From Trichosphaerium sp. ATCC 40318 (Eukaryota > Protista > Tubulinea): 64,000 nucleotides of DNA. Below, one piece after another: positions 37,114-51,654 of the stretch. A program made the position numbers and the translations under genes. The notes below the pieces were generated by a model. That model saw only the letters and a list, made by a program, of their open reading frames with translations, was not told where the DNA came from and did no database searches. The stretch lies in NCBI GenBank assembly GCA_038496445.1, contig JALMLS010000474.1, positions 62,001-126,000 of the forward strand, given 5' to 3'. Position 1 is the first letter of the stretch. Every line of letters starts with the position of its first letter.

Positions 37114-38735
37114 TTACATGTTTTTATATTTGTACTCGAAAAAGTCTACACGTTCGCTTACAGTGAACCCAAGTTTCTTCAAAATCTCACCTGAGATTTC
37201 GTTCATTTCAACACACAACCTATGTAATTTAGATCCAAGCTCATGCGCTCTTGGTTGATCAAACCCAGCTGATATCAATCTCTTAATCCATTTGGAGGTT
37301 TCAACATTTACTGTTTTTGTCTCAGGTAAGAATGGTGTTATCAAAGAGCGCTAGAATAAAATAGGAATGAGCAAACTTAATCTATACTTGTATGTTTGAA
37401 AGGGTTGTACATTGGCGAGGTTGACGGACTTATTATCATTGTTCATCCAAGACAGTGTTGATACAAGTTCACTTGCGTTAATTGAAGCATTTTTTCGACA
37501 AGATTCAGTGTCGTTCGACAAAGACTCATCAACCTTTGTATGATGGTAAGTGAGTTTACCCAAAAACAGAAATTAGTACCTGTGTGTTGTCATTACTGTT
37601 TTCTGTTGATTGTTCTTCTTTTCTGGCTCGTATGTAGTCACAAGCATTTGCTAGTATATCAAGGTCTTGTTTGGTTTCTCCAAACCTCTTAGGCACATCT
37701 CTTGTACCATCTCGTGATGTGAACATCTCTTCAGGTGGACGTACTTTAAGTGACAACTTATCAAATGGAGGCCGACGTTCTAGTGCCTAAACACGTGTTT
37801 AGTTCTAAGATGAGCATAAAATATGACTGCAGTACATTCAACTGTTGAGATGTTCCTTGGTCTTCAGATGTGCCTTCTCTCATTACCAAAGTGTGATCGG
37901 CTTGTATTGCAATAGAACAATGTTGTTTAGTGGCGAACTCAAGATATTTTCCAGATAATTTTAAAGGTTTGTTTGATGAGAACTTCTCCATCCATTCACC
38001 TTCGCCCCAGCCATATAAATGTCCTTGAATATTAATAGCATAAGATGCGTAGGGACTAGCATTGACAGAGACAATGTTATTGAGTCCTTTGATGATACCC
38101 TTTCCAAGCTTTGTATCAACACCTAACCCAAGTCGCCCTCGATTGTTGTCTCCAAAGGAAAACACTTGTCCTGACTTGAGGAGAACAAGCACGTGATAAT
38201 GTCCGATGCCAATATCAGTAGCATCCGAGATGTTTTCTACACGTGATATTGTATTTGTTTTCAAGAATAAGGCATTGTTTATATCATTGTAGCGAGTCTT
38301 TCCCCAAAGAAAGACATGACCTGATTTTGTTATTGCTCCACAAACGAAAGAGTTCGTGCTGATTTTTACAACGTTTTGTAGACTCTGAATACGTTTTGGT
38401 GTATGAACTCTTGTTTCTTTGTAAGAGTGAGCTAATCTCCCGTTAAAGTTGTATCCCCAAGAGTAGACATGACCTGATGTTGATAACGCCATACTCACAT
38501 ATAAGGCTGCGACTTGAGTGATATGATTGAGCTTTAGTACTTGCGTCGGTGTTGAGATAGGTGACTTGAAATGGCCTAGACCTAATTCTCCATCTTCGTT
38601 GCGTCCCCACGAATAAACAATACCACTTGCAGCAGTAGCAAGGCTATGGTTTTGACCAGCTGCAATGCATACGATATTAACAAGTGAATTTATTGGATGA
38701 AGTATGGGCGTTATCCTTTGTTCGATATTTCCTAG
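37114..38735 (-). pseudogene. RCC1 + KFG-motif + SAM-like gene (copy C), 5'-truncated
   Basis: Homology begins at LGNIEQR..NIVCIAAGQNHSL with an upstream stop and no MAEP start. Tail has KVRPPEEMFTSRDGTRDVPKRFG and SKWIKRLISAGFDQPRAHELG..LKKLGFTVSERV. Confidence 0.75.
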
Positions 38736-39420
38736 TGATACTCAACAAGGATAATCTTTTGATAAACTATTTCTAAAAACGCCCACAAAAACTTTTTAGG
38801 AAGGCGCACGTGATTTTTTTTTTTTGGATGAATTTTTATTCGCAAATATAAGTTATTAATAATACTCACTGTTGTTATCTTCGTTGGTTTGGTATCGCCA
38901 CACGTGAACTGAGCTGTTATTTGTGATAGCCATTAAATGCCCTCCAGCAGCTAAATGCCTACCACTAGCCAAAAGGTTACCGTAGTTTACATTAGGGTTC
39001 TTAAAATGCAGTTCAGCCATAAATGCTGCGTTGTGAGGTAAATACTGCGGAAATTGTAAAACTTAAGAATGAACTTAACCTCAGCTAACGGTCATTGAAC
39101 AAGAGTGAGACCCTTGCAAAGCAGGCTCTGTACACTACTTCCTAAGTTAGCGCTAAACAGTTTCCAACTAAATCACTTCGCAACCTCAGTTTACTACCTT
39201 AGAAGAAATTATGTTTTTAGCCGTTAGCCCTCATCAGCAACTGCTTTGATATTGTTAAGAACCTCGCTATGTATGTTGTGATAGCTTTATTAGTTCATTG
39301 ACTTGTACTCAGCGTTGGTCAATTCAAAGATACAACCAAATACTATTCTGACAAGTTATTTGAATTTTTTTTTGTGCACGTGAGCATTATCAAAAAAAAT
39401 ACATACAAACAACACATCAC

Positions 39421-42400
39421 ATGGCCGAACAGAGGTAAGTATTATCGTTAAAAACTTTCAATTACGCGTTTGTAATTCCATACTAACACGATTGTGACCT
39501 CTAGGGTGGAGTTTAGCATTTACCCAAGTCTACGAAAGTGGGAGGATGCTCAATGCTTCCCAAATGAGGTTCGATTAAACCGTAAGACGACTAGATGGAA
39601 CATTGTGCATATAACCGTGCGTTTAGTAAAAAAAAAGTACTATTGACGTAATAATGATAGATATGGGGTTGTGACGCGCAAAGTAAGCTAGTAGAGTTGA
39701 ATTTGATCCCTACAGGTTCAATTGTGAATGATGCCGTTACAAGGCGTTGGCAAGTATATAAACGCGGTAGAAAGGCTGCTTCTAAAGAATTGAGGTACGT
39801 TAGAGACGATACTATCAAGTTTGGCTAGAACGCGGTTAATTTAACTCTCACGGTCGTTAGAAAATGGAAACTAGTACGTGATGGCGATAAAATATCAATT
39901 TCTTGCCTTGTCTCGTTTGGAAGCGCCAGTTATCAAGATATATGGGTAAAAAACAACAAGGGGGGCATTGTCGCTATGGTACGCGTTTGATTTGAAGGCT
40001 GCAGGTGGAATTCTACGCACTTTATGATTTTTTGAATAAAAATTTCGATATTTCTGTCTAACTGATTGCTAGCTTCGTGCGGACTTGAAACTAGCGAATA
40101 GTGATGGACCACATGTGTTATTATCGCAGGAAATCATTGTACAACGGGTATGTTAGATGGCAATCCATTTCTCCACGTTTTTTTTTTTTTTTTTCCTGTA
40201 TTTTTGCTGCTTAGTTTAATACTTTCTTTTTATAGTTCAAGGAAGGAGTTAAAGCGCCAAGTACTGTAAGTATACTTTATAATGCTTATTGAATGATTGT
40301 ATTAACTCGTTTTAGAAAAAAAGAGCACTGGAAGAGAGTAAAGCGACAGATGGATCAGGGCTTATTTTCGTAGACGAGAGACCTGCTAAGCGAGTCCATA
40401 AGGACATAGAACTCGATGTTATGATAGATGCATCAACTAGGGAGTCACTTCTGGCTAATGTGGAACCGTTAGATGGAATAGAACAAGATTTCAGTCCAGA
40501 AGTAACTTATATTGAAGAAAACGCTACTAACCTTGTGGCTTATGGTACGAACTTGCTATTACTTCTATCGCTTGTTTGGCTTCCAAATGGGACCTGACGT
40601 TTTCTAGCAAAGCAAATGGATAAAGGTGGAGTTGAGGATCAGTGGCATATAGGAAACTCTGTACTTGAGAGACTAGCAAATGCTTGGGATGATCTAAAAC
40701 TCAGAAAGCAAATTGAAAAAGAATTGACTTTACCATCCAATGGAGACTATATGGATACCTTTGAGCCTATGGAAAATCGTGTGCCATGGATGGGAGGATC
40801 TACTAATAAAGCTGGCGTGGTACGTTAATGCTTGAAATCTACACGTGGGTCAGAACGTCTCACTAACTCCAACCTTTTTTTTTTCCTTTTTTTTATTTAC
40901 ATTAACTTCAGGCGTTTGGCGCGTTTGCTGTTTTGGTAATCGTCGTACTCATAGGAAGTGTTGCGTATATGTCACTAAAGGCTGTATGTATGAATTTTCA
41001 GAAAAGAAGATGCTTAGTTGGTTGACAATTCCTCTAGGACGAAGGACCGAAACCTCCATCTGCTGACAATCAATTCTCGAATGAAACTAAAGTTATGATA
41101 CGTGTTACATTACAAAGACAGATGTTGGTCTTGGCGGGACCGTTTATAAAGGAAGTGAGTTTTAATGATACTATAATAAGTGTAACTGCTACTGAAATTG
41201 GTACACTGATACTTACTTCTAATGGTGTCTCTCAATCGCTTATATTACAAAAACAAGGTAAAAAAATTTTATGGCTTTTCAAATATCTTCTTCTGCTTGT
41301 ACCTGACTCTGAACTTTAGATAAGACTTCTAAGACAATCCACAAGTTTAACCATACAAGATACCTTGAGATTTATTCGCGTGGTGGTTATATAGCTGTTA
41401 TAAGAAACTACACTCGGTACTATCTCTTGTTTCTTTTTCTTGACCTTTTTTTTTAACTTTCTTTTTCTTTCAGCAAGTTTCTATATTGTTCAGGTGTAGA
41501 ACATTGCGTTCTGCGCGAAGTAAATGATACATGGTCTGATGATGTAGATAATATACAATACAGTTCACAACAAAACGCATTATATGCGTTAGTATCATCA
41601 AAGACTATCAAACACGAGGTACGTTAAAAACTTTGACTTCAAACAAAGCACAGAAAATGTTCTTCTTCTTACTTCCTACTGAACGCTTAAGACCCTGATG
41701 TATGCTTTAACCAACATACTATTGAACCGCAGAATTTTTATAGCGCTTATTTTTTATTGAACCTAACACGTGTTTAGTCAAAATTATATCTATTTTCTGG
41801 TCACAAATGGGTTGAGGAAACAAAAAACCCTTCTACCGAAATTTTTGTCCCATTTTCTCGTACGTATATAAAAAAGCTACATCCGTGTATGGTATCTAAT
41901 TGATAAACCTACAGGCAATATAATCGCTGCACAGAATAATTCAGACAACACGACGAAGCTTGTTTTTAAAGACATTGAGTTGACACTTCCTTTCAAACCG
42001 TCTATGGTTTCTCTACATACATATGACAACTATGTATATGCTATAGCTGAAAAAGATGGAATGAATAGTATATGGAAGATTGAAATTTTGTTGAAACATT
42101 GGGTACGTTCAACCAACAATCCTTTTTTTTTTTTTTCTTGTTTTTTTCGCAATACCCAAAAAAAGTGAAGAATTTGAGGTATTGTCACTTTTGCTAAAGT
42201 ATTTTCTTTAAATTATACGCATTGTTATTTCTTGAAAGTATTAAGCGCTCGTGATGTCCTACAATGAAGTTAGAGTTAAACCTTTACGTTAAACGTTTTT
42301 TTTTTTTGTTTTTTTTGTCCACTCACACTTAGGGCCTTACGCTTATTTCAACAACAAACACTTATATTTTCTACAGAAGACAAAGTTAGAAACACATACC

Positions 42401-42849
42401 AAAGTTGAATCAATACAGGCAAAGAAGAAAACATTTGTTTGTCTTTTTCTCGTTTTATTCTCACAAATTTTCCATTTAGGACGGCCTTCCGCTACCTACA
42501 AATAACAGCTCCTTATATACTAGCTTTCTAAAAGATAGGATATACTATGTTACTAATGGTACGTCTATAATAAACAAATAGTGCACTTGGGAACCTAGTT
42601 ACTAACTGAAAGAAAAAACTAGGAAAACTTTTTACAATATTGATGAAAACAGCAGTACAGAAAAAACAACGTCATACCAAACCATTCGATTTATCATGGT
42701 GTGGTAACGTAAAAGATATGGCTACAATAACTGGGTATACATATAGTGAGATTGTATTGGTATGTGGAGGTCAAGAAGGAACATCAAAAAAAATATCTTC
42801 TGTATTTGATATGCACGGTACTTTAGATTCTATAGCGATGGTACAATAA
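39421..42849 (+). CDS. Large multi-exon hypothetical protein (possibly more than one gene)
   Basis: ATGGCCGAACAGAG|GTAAGT start, then a long chain of short exons with GT-AG introns (ORFs 40616-, 41095-, 41980-, 42640-42849). No domain recognised. Confidence 0.5.
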
Positions 42850-43196
42850 ATGTATAACACTCACAATAAATGTAAATGCAATAAATAATAATAAAACAAA
42901 ACTAACACTATGGTTCGGCGTAAATACTTTCAAAAATCCGAGGAGTAAATGTACAACACGTGACGACAAATTAGAAAGTGACGAGAAAATGGAACGAGTT
43001 TGGCACCACAAAATGGATTAGAATGCGCTTTGATATGTATTCATCTGGAACATTGCATTAGCGATTGAATTGGAAGTTGTAAATGTAGGGTATTTTCAGA
43101 CAAGCAACTATTTGTGCCAACGAAAAATCACGTCAGTTTTTTGACGGTATTTGACCTAAAATACAAAAAAAACCAAAGAGCAAGATTTAGTGTATC

Positions 43197-45853
43197 ATGG
43201 CCAGTTCACAGCTCCCTCTTGTTGCTATATTTGCCTGCTTTATAGTTGCTACAAGCGCTTTTTCAACCTTTTTTTTGAGTGCATGTCCGGCAAGAGGTGA
43301 TTTATGTGCCGGGATGTGTTCGAACGCGTACGTATTAGTTTTTTGAGAGAAAATTTTTTCCATCTTACGTAATGACAGGGCAGACAATACACTACCTGTA
43401 AACGTTGAATCTGATGTATTTACAACCGGTTACGAACCAGGAGAAACGTATGACATTACAATAGATATAGGAAGTGGTGAAAGCTGGAGAGTACGCTAAA
43501 ACTATACACGTGATCATCTTTTTGGGACAAATAGTTTTGGTATTGTTTTTTTTGATTTCGTACATCAAAAAATCACGTGGATAAGATATTTGGATAGTAA
43601 TGTCTTTAGGGATTTGTAATGTCCTTTTTCGACTCCGGAAACGTCGAAAGAGGTACTTTTAGTACCTCTGACACTAAATTTGATGCATCTTCTGCAAACA
43701 TGTTATGTACACAAGGTATAAGGCACGCAGACGCTACCCCTGTTAGCGACACAAGGACTATTCAATGGACAGCCCCTGCTAGTGTTTCAGGCGATCTAAC
43801 TGCCCAAGTACGTCTATAGTATATGATAGTACACGATATATAGCGTTAGCCTATGGTTTAATAGGTTGGCCGAAAGATACGGCCAAACCGGGCTTCTTGT
43901 GATTTTTTTTATGACGCTCTATGCTTATTCTGTTCGCTCTATTAGGCTTGGGTTGTTCTTAATCGTGCAGGAGCAGCAGGGTGCAGGTGGTTGGATCTTA
44001 GTAATACAGTATCGGTATTACAGCAAACAGAAGCGCCAACAGACGCACCAACTGATGCTCCAACTGATGCACCAACAGACGCTCCAACTGACGCTCCAAC
44101 TGATGCACCAACAGATGCTCCAACTGACGCACCAACTGATGCACCAACAGACGCTCCAACTGACGCTCCAACAGACGCTCCAACTGACGCACCAACTGAC
44201 GCACCAACAGACGCACCAACTGATGCTCCAACAGACGCACCAACTGACGCTCCAACTGATGCTCCAACAGACGCTCCAACAGACGCTCCAACAGATGCTC
44301 CAACAGATGCTCCAACAGACGCTCCAACAGACGCTCCAACAGATGCACCAACTGATGCTCCAACAGACGCTCCAACAGACGCTCCAACAGATGCTCCAAC
44401 AGATGCTCCAACTGAGGCTCCAACAGACGCACCAACTGATGCTCCAACAGACTCTCCTACTGAAGCTCCTGTAGCACCAACGACTGAAGCACCAGTACCT
44501 ATTTTGGTTAGTGTTGGTGACTTTGTGTTCAATGATCGCGATATGACTGGTGTTCAAGGAAAGTACAAAAAAAAACCTTCGGAATGAATTTGTTACATTG
44601 TTTTACCATTCTGTTAACATTTTTTACTTAGGCATCAACTTCCCTTTCAATGATGACATGATTCCAGTAATTCTATTAAGTGCAGATGGATCACAAATTA
44701 TTTCACAGACCACTACAAATAACCGTGGTGTCTATGAGTTTAATACACCAGACAATAACCTACAGCCAGAAACTGACTACATAATTTGTGTTGACTTTAT
44801 GACAATGACAGAAACAGTTATTTTATCTCCACCTTTTGCTAGTGGTAACCCAGCAACTGATTCAAACGGTCAATTAGCTACATATCCTGTATACAGCTCT
44901 ACGGTACGAGAACCATCCTGAAAAACGTGCCCTTAAACAGAATTTTTTTCTTCAACTTCTCGCTTAAACACGGAAGTGCTTAAACGTATCTAAGTTACTA
45001 CACCGCAGATATCTACATTATAATTTGATATTTCTTCTTTAAATTCATTTATTAACTGCCTTCCTAGCCATTATCCTGCGCAAACATAACATCTCCGCAA
45101 AATGGAAGAAATGATGTGACGGTTGATTTTGGTTTAATAAGAGTAGCAGAACCTACAACAGACGCACCAACCAATCCTCCTACTGAAGCACCACCAACAG
45201 ATGCTCCAACAGCAGTACCTCCTACAGAAGAACCGGCAACAGATGCTCCTACAGAAGCACCACCAACAGATGCTCCAACAGATACGCCAGCACCTACAGA
45301 TGCTCCAACAGATGCTCCAGCTGCAGCGCCTATTGACATTCCTCCAACTATGATACCAACTGCAGTACCTTCAGCTCCGCCTACGGATGTTCCTACAACT
45401 GCTCCTTCTATGGCTCCTGTTACAAACGCTCCTCCATCGACAGATGCTCCAATAGCACCTACATCAGAACCTACACCACCACTTGATTCTGACGAGTACG
45501 ATTAGACTTTCTTTTTTTCTTCCGCCTGAAATTGAGCTGTTTCTGATCTCCTTGGTTTAGAGTTGGACCTAAAGTACAAGGAACTGGTTCTGCATTACAA
45601 TTTGGCAGTGGTTTCCAAGACGCTATTAACCAAGCGTACAATAGCGCTGTGGAAGATTGCACTGAGTAAGTGAAAAGAAACGAATGTCGCACGTGCGTAA
45701 CTTATTTTTTATTTTAGATGTTGTGAAGCATTAGATTTCTCGAGTGCTGTACCTTCAAGTTGTATTTTAGAAGGAGGTTGTAAATACCGTTTTTGTGTAG
45801 GAAAATTGACACGACGTGTCACAGCAACATGCACGTGTACCTGCGCGTTATAA
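43197..45853 (+). CDS. Secreted Reeler domain + TDAP mucin-like repeat + SdrD B-like domain + PT-rich linker + Cys-rich C-terminus
   Basis: Signal MASSQLPLVAIFACFIVATSA. Reeler motifs YEPGETYDITI..WRGFVM..GTF..C.QGIRH..IQWTAP. SVGDFVFNDRD..GVQ..TTTNNRGVYEF..TDSNG..DVTVDFGL matches an SdrD-B-like domain. Ends TCTCTCAL*. Confidence 0.75.
44027..44469 (+). repeat. 12-bp coding minisatellite encoding (TDAP)n, about 36 units
   Basis: ACW GAY GCW CCA tandem units, with variation mostly at synonymous positions. Confidence 0.95.
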
Positions 45854-46124
45854 AGAACGATTTTTTGAACCAAAACGAACTTTAAGAAAAAACACGCACC
45901 ACAGTCTCACAATTTACTTGGAATAAACGAAGCTTTACCACGGTAAAACTATCCATAATAACAGCCCAAAATGTGTTTATATGTTCTTATTACATCAACA
46001 GAGTACTCTTTACAAATTTATCTTCGAAATCAAAAATTCCTGAAATTTCGCTAATTTTCATGAAGTTTTTTAAAACAAGTTCTTGTCATCACACAGCACT
46101 CAAAACAAATTTAAAAAATACTCA

Positions 46125-48067
46125 ATGGCTTACCTACGCACAATATTATTCGTTTACATGTGCTTGAACCTTTTCGCAGGTATTTGAAACTAGAAGTCCA
46201 CTTTTTCACTCAATACGCGTTTTTAGCGACTCTTGGAGCGTCTCCCAATACTTTCTTCAATCTGGCAACGTTTACCGCTGTTCCTTCCCAATTGCAGTCA
46301 ATGGAGCCCAAAATCGTCAGAGGAACTATAAATGGCCAAGACCTGTATGTTCTATCCTTGGAGACAAGTACGTGCCAGTTTAAATCAAAATTGTAGCAAA
46401 CCTTTCCTTTTTTCTCCCAAAATGCTCATCAGTCCTAGCCGTGCAGCCAGCAGATAGAGGAACTACTATTCTTATTACAGAGCCAACAGGTATGTAAATG
46501 TAATAACCAGTAGTGTTGTATTGTCTTAGTTAATGTGATGTGTAGGCTTGCTTGCAGAGAATAGTACTTACGACAACATTTTTATTAAAGATGCGGAAAA
46601 CGTGGTTATTCCTGAGTTTAATGGAGAGGAATTTCCGGTATTCTACTACTCAACGGTATCCACAAAGTGGCACTACCAGTTCTTGCACTTTTCAGCGGAT
46701 ACAAAGGTACCTACACCTCAGAAACAAAAACTCGGTTTTCGGTTTTCACAACAATTATTTTTCGATTTTGACAACTTTTCACGTATTGCTTAACATGCTG
46801 GCCTAGAACTTTGTTTTAAACACTACAGTGACTGATATCGATTCGTTGGATGGCTCTGTAGATATATTTAATGCGTTCCAAGGCAAGTAATAGCGCAAGG
46901 AGATACAATAACAGTTCTTTGCTCATTTTATTTTGTGAAATAGTTGGTAGCGACTACCTCGTGTATGCTCTCAGTTCTACCAATAGTTCTCTGTACTCTA
47001 TCACAAAAGATCAAGGACCTGTTTTAACGTTTAATGGTACTTCCCAGCTTAAAGACGAAGCAGAACTTTATAAAGCACTGATTCTCTGTTTTAGTATCTG
47101 ATGCCACTTTTGCAAACGACACTGCATCCTCACTTGTACAAGCAGAACCAGGTTGCTTTGTACAAGCAATAGTAGTAAATGATAAACTAAACATGCAATT
47201 TTACAACAACACTTCCAGGGTATGCAGCGAGGCGTTTCATAAGGGATCGTTTTTTGTTTTTTCTTATTTTTTTCAAAAAATGAGTTTTGAGCATCACACT
47301 TTCACGTGGGTACTCGTATCCGCACTCGTCGGAAATCAACTATCTACCTCATTATTTAACTCAAAATTGATTCTTTTTGTTGTAGGCATACAGTGAATTA
47401 GGCTTCACAAGCGGTGATCTTAAATCTACCAGGATTGCTTTCAATCCTGAAGCAGAAAGAGTATTCGCTTATACCACTGTCAATGACGATAGTTCAAACA
47501 AAGAAGAAACGCTCAGTTACACGTGTTTCAGAGACTTCACTATTGCGACTGGTGGACCTATTAGAACTCCATTGAACAACGTAAAGCCAATTAGCGTAGG
47601 TGAATCACAGATATCCCAATTTATTCTTATCGGGACAAGCAATGCTACTGGCAATGTAACTTTCCATATGACTAATCAAAGAGTAAAAGAAGTATCTGTA
47701 GGCCAAAATAACATTAATGTCGTCGATGCTATATTCAGTAAAAGCCAATGTCAAGTAGTCGCTATTGTACAAGACGAATCCTTCAACTTGTATGGAGGTG
47801 TTTTTATTCCATCTTCTGATGTTTTTACATGTACTTGTACGTATAGACATGTCTACTGTGATATCTCTAATTTCTTGCTTAATAGTACCTCCTTCAGCGC
47901 CAACAGCAATGCCACCTACAGAACAACCTACTTCGATAGTGCTGTCACCAACACAACAGCCTAGCTCAGTTCCAATAACTCCTACAGCAAGATCAGGAGC
48001 AATTTCACATAGTTATGTAGTATTCATTGTAACGGTGTGTTTAATATTCAGTTTGCTACACATCTAG
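46125..48067 (+). CDS. Secreted/surface protein with PT-rich stalk and C-terminal hydrophobic (GPI-signal- or TM-like) tail, multi-exon
   Basis: MAYLRTILFVYMCLNLFA start; ends PPSAPTAMPPTEQPTS..SGAISHSYVVFIVTVCLIFSLLHI*. Confidence 0.6.
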
Positions 48068-48189
48068 AACTGATGATGTGAACTTGAAAAAAACTGTTCA
48101 TCAAAAACAAAAAAAATAAATTTGTTGAGAATGAAGCTACAGAGGAGTATTATGATTGTTTTATTAGATATAGTTTTAGCCCTATTGTA

Positions 48190-49849
48190 CTACGTTATAT
48201 TGTTAACAGAGGCAGTCTTGAAGCTGGAGCTATTTCTTTTAAAGGTTTTTGACTTAGGAGGCAGAAAACTCAATGATTGCGTGATAGACAATCCGTTGAA
48301 CATTGTCACAAGTTCAATGAAAAAAATGCTATGTGCTATTGGATTCGATTGCCAGATAGGCCAAAGTATCCAAGATATGGCGAGTCTCGCCATATTAAGC
48401 ATAAAGAATAGACTGAGTGCAACACGAATGAATAATCTTCTGACTGATCCTTTCGATCGGTCCATTGCAGATTCCGATCTTCTTAGTCTTTGCCATAGTT
48501 TATACACTATTATTACAAGATACGCCATCACAATTCCGTTTACACATGTGTGGAAACCAGCGGATATAATGAACGAATAAGATGGAAACGGAAACAAAAA
48601 GATGCGTAATGCATTCATTGTTGTTTCAAAGAGTATGACTACGAGTGATATGACATAGAACGGAACAGCTAATTTCTTGATATATGGTGTTACATCAAGG
48701 CTCATAGATATCATTGACTCGTGCCAATATAAAGCAATCAAAAGCTTTGACAAGGTTCCGCCAATAGTGTGAAACGTTTGTCCCACTTCATCATACCTAA
48801 ACGGATGAAAAATCAGCAACAACTCGCCACTTAAAAACGATTAGTTTTTACCATCCTGGAAGAAGGAAGAGGTATCCATTTGGCTCTGGAATACACCATG
48901 CTAATCTGAAAGCACATGATACTACTTCAATAAGTAGCGCCACCTTTGGTATTGATAAACTGAAGCCTTCCACACTTACGAACTGATAGCTCCTTGAGGG
49001 CGTAGTTAGGCGATAAGTCCCTATTAAAAACATTGTACCTATACAATGCGATAGATAGTGCAATGCCCGATAGCAGCGCAACATAAACATGTCTCACTTA
49101 CAACAATTTAGATTGTAACTACAGTTATTGAGAGAATTTGCTCACCTATAGACCAAGAGCTAGCGTAAACAGTGTACCAACTGTTTTCTGAATGAATAAA
49201 GGTTACTGTAGTATTCTCTTCAATGTGAGATACATGGCGCTGTCCAATCACAACAACTCTTAGGTTACTTAAGTCATCTAAGCATAATAGATAAGTAAAA
49301 AGAAGAATGAAAATCGGAAAATACTAAGTCTAAGTCGATAAATCACGTGGTTCTATATTTAAACAATCCCGAAAAAGTACGCACTTATTTTGATAAAGTT
49401 ACCACGACCAACACGTAAATCATCGCTGGCTTCATAATATTCTACTATACCAACTACTCCTTGCTTCTCCCATTGCAAATAATTCTTACGGTCGTCTGGG
49501 TATTTGGCAAGTACTGCTTTTCCTACACGTGGAGTTTGTAATTGTAATCGAAAGTCCGAAATTGCTTGATACGATATAGAGCGCTGTTATTACCTTCTAA
49601 ATTTACTCCTTCGCCTGGTACAACGAGCGATGCATTAAAAGAGTTAAATTCTGTTTTCGCTCCTCTTCGAAATACATATGTAACGCCAGGGTACTCTATT
49701 GTGGTTCCTAATATCGCTATTAAACAAGTTGTTGTCATATGACGTTTTGAAAAAAAACCAAAAGTTAGAAACAAACCATTTTGAGTTATCACTATGTTTC
49801 CTAGTACAATACTAACTATTGTAACCAAAGTTATCAAGCCGTTACGCAT
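48190..49849 (-). CDS. Signal peptide + PA-like extracellular domain + 7TM (GPCR-like) receptor, tandem copy 1
   Basis: MRNGLITLVTIVSIVLG; FNASLVV..GKAVL..QGVVGIV (PA-like); then multiple TM helices (LLIEVVSCAFRLAWC, LLIALYWHE, VRRLFIRVALSLF). Confidence 0.65.
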
Positions 49850-49994
49850 GTTGATGTGTATTAGAGTAGTAACAACAAAAATAACGTAATGTTAAGTCAT
49901 TTCAATCGTAATATCTTTTTTTCTTGGAGTTCGGTTTCATCTTGATTGATAGTTACTGGTATATTAAACTGTTTTATTAAAGGTTTTTTGTTCT

Positions 49995-51654
49995 TTAGGT
50001 TGTACTATTAACTGTACTATTAACAGATCCAGTTTTGAAACTGTAACTATTTGACTTAGTAGATGTTGGCTTCGGAGGTAGAAAACTCAATGATTGCGTG
50101 ATGGACAATCCATTAAACATCACCATGAATTCAATGTAATAAATACTATGTGCTATAGGGTTCGATTGCCAGATAGGCCAAAATATCCAGAACATAGCAA
50201 GCTTTGCTATGTTCGCCATAAAGAATAGACTGAATGCAACACGAAGGAATAATCTTCTGACTGATCCTTTCGATCCTCCAATAGCTGCTCCTGATCTTCT
50301 TAACCTTTGCCACAGTTTAAGCGCTATTACTGTTAGGTACACCATCACAGTTCCGTTCACTGCTGCATGGAAAGCAGCAGATATGTAGAATGAATAAGGA
50401 GGAATAGGGAACAATACAATGCGTAGAATGTTCAATATTGTTTCAAAGAGTACCAATACTAGCGATGTGACGTAGAACGGAATAGCTAATTTCTTGACAA
50501 AAGGAGTGACGTTGAGGCTCATGGATATCATTGACTCGTGCCAGTATAAAACAATCAAGAGATTAGATATATTCGCTCCGATAGTGTGAAACGTTCTTCC
50601 TACCTCATCGTACCTAAATACAAAGAGAATTTCAGCACCTAAAGTCACAAAATACAAAAACGTTTAGTACCATCCTGGAAGAAGGAAGAGGTATCCGTTT
50701 GGTTCTGGAATACACCACGCCAATCTGAAAGCACATGATACTATTTCAATGAGTAGCGCCACCTTTGGTATTGATAGACTAAAGCCCTCTATACTTACGA
50801 ACTGATAGTACCTTGGACAAGATTAGTTACTATCAAAACACATTGTGACTTAGAACGAACCTGTAGCATGCTATAAATAGCGCAATACCTGTAATAAATG
50901 CTACAAAAATATGTCTTGCTAAGAACGTATTAGAGGATTAGCTAAGAAGCAACCTAGAAGTTGTATACCTATAGACCAGAAGCTCTCGTAAACAGTATAC
51001 CAACGGTTCTCTGAATGAATAAATGTGACTGTAGTATTCTCTTCAATATGGGATACATGGCGCTGTCCAATCACAACAACACGTAAATCACTCAAGTCAT
51101 CTAAGGATATTTGATAAGTAAAAGAAAAGTTTTTGAAAACAATGCGAGAACTCGTGGAATTTCGAGAAAAAGAAGGGGGTGACTTACTTATTTTGATAAA
51201 ATTACCACCACCAACACGTAAGTCATCGCTGGCTTCATAATATTCTACTATACCAACTACTCCTTGCTTCTCCCATTGTAAATATTTCTTACGGTCATCT
51301 GGGTATTTGGCAAGTACTGCTTTTCCTACACGTGGAGTTTGTAATTGTATTTGAAAGTCCGAAATTGATTGATAAATTAAGCTAACCTTCTAAATTTACT
51401 CCTTCGCCTGGTACAACGAGCGATGCATTAAAAGAGTTAAATTCTGTTTTCGCTCCTCTTCGGAATACATATGTAACGCCAGGGTACTCTACTGTGGTCC
51501 CTGATATCGCAATTAAACAATAATGACGTTTTTGACGAAAAAACCAAAACACCGGCCTTGTAAAAAGGGTTAGAAACATACCATTTTGAGTTATCAGTAT
51601 ATTCCCTATTACAACGCTAATTATTATAGCCAAAAATATCAAGCTGGTGCGCAT
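49995..51654 (-). CDS. PA-like + 7TM receptor, tandem copy 2
   Basis: Same exon structure as 48190-49849. The extracellular part is nearly identical and the TM part more diverged. Confidence 0.65.

Noticed and set aside
43866-44557. Q/L-rich, VGAS, LLE and WSIC repeat ORFs
   Set aside because: Alternative frames and strands of the 12-bp TDAP minisatellite. Third-position variation fits only the TDAP frame.
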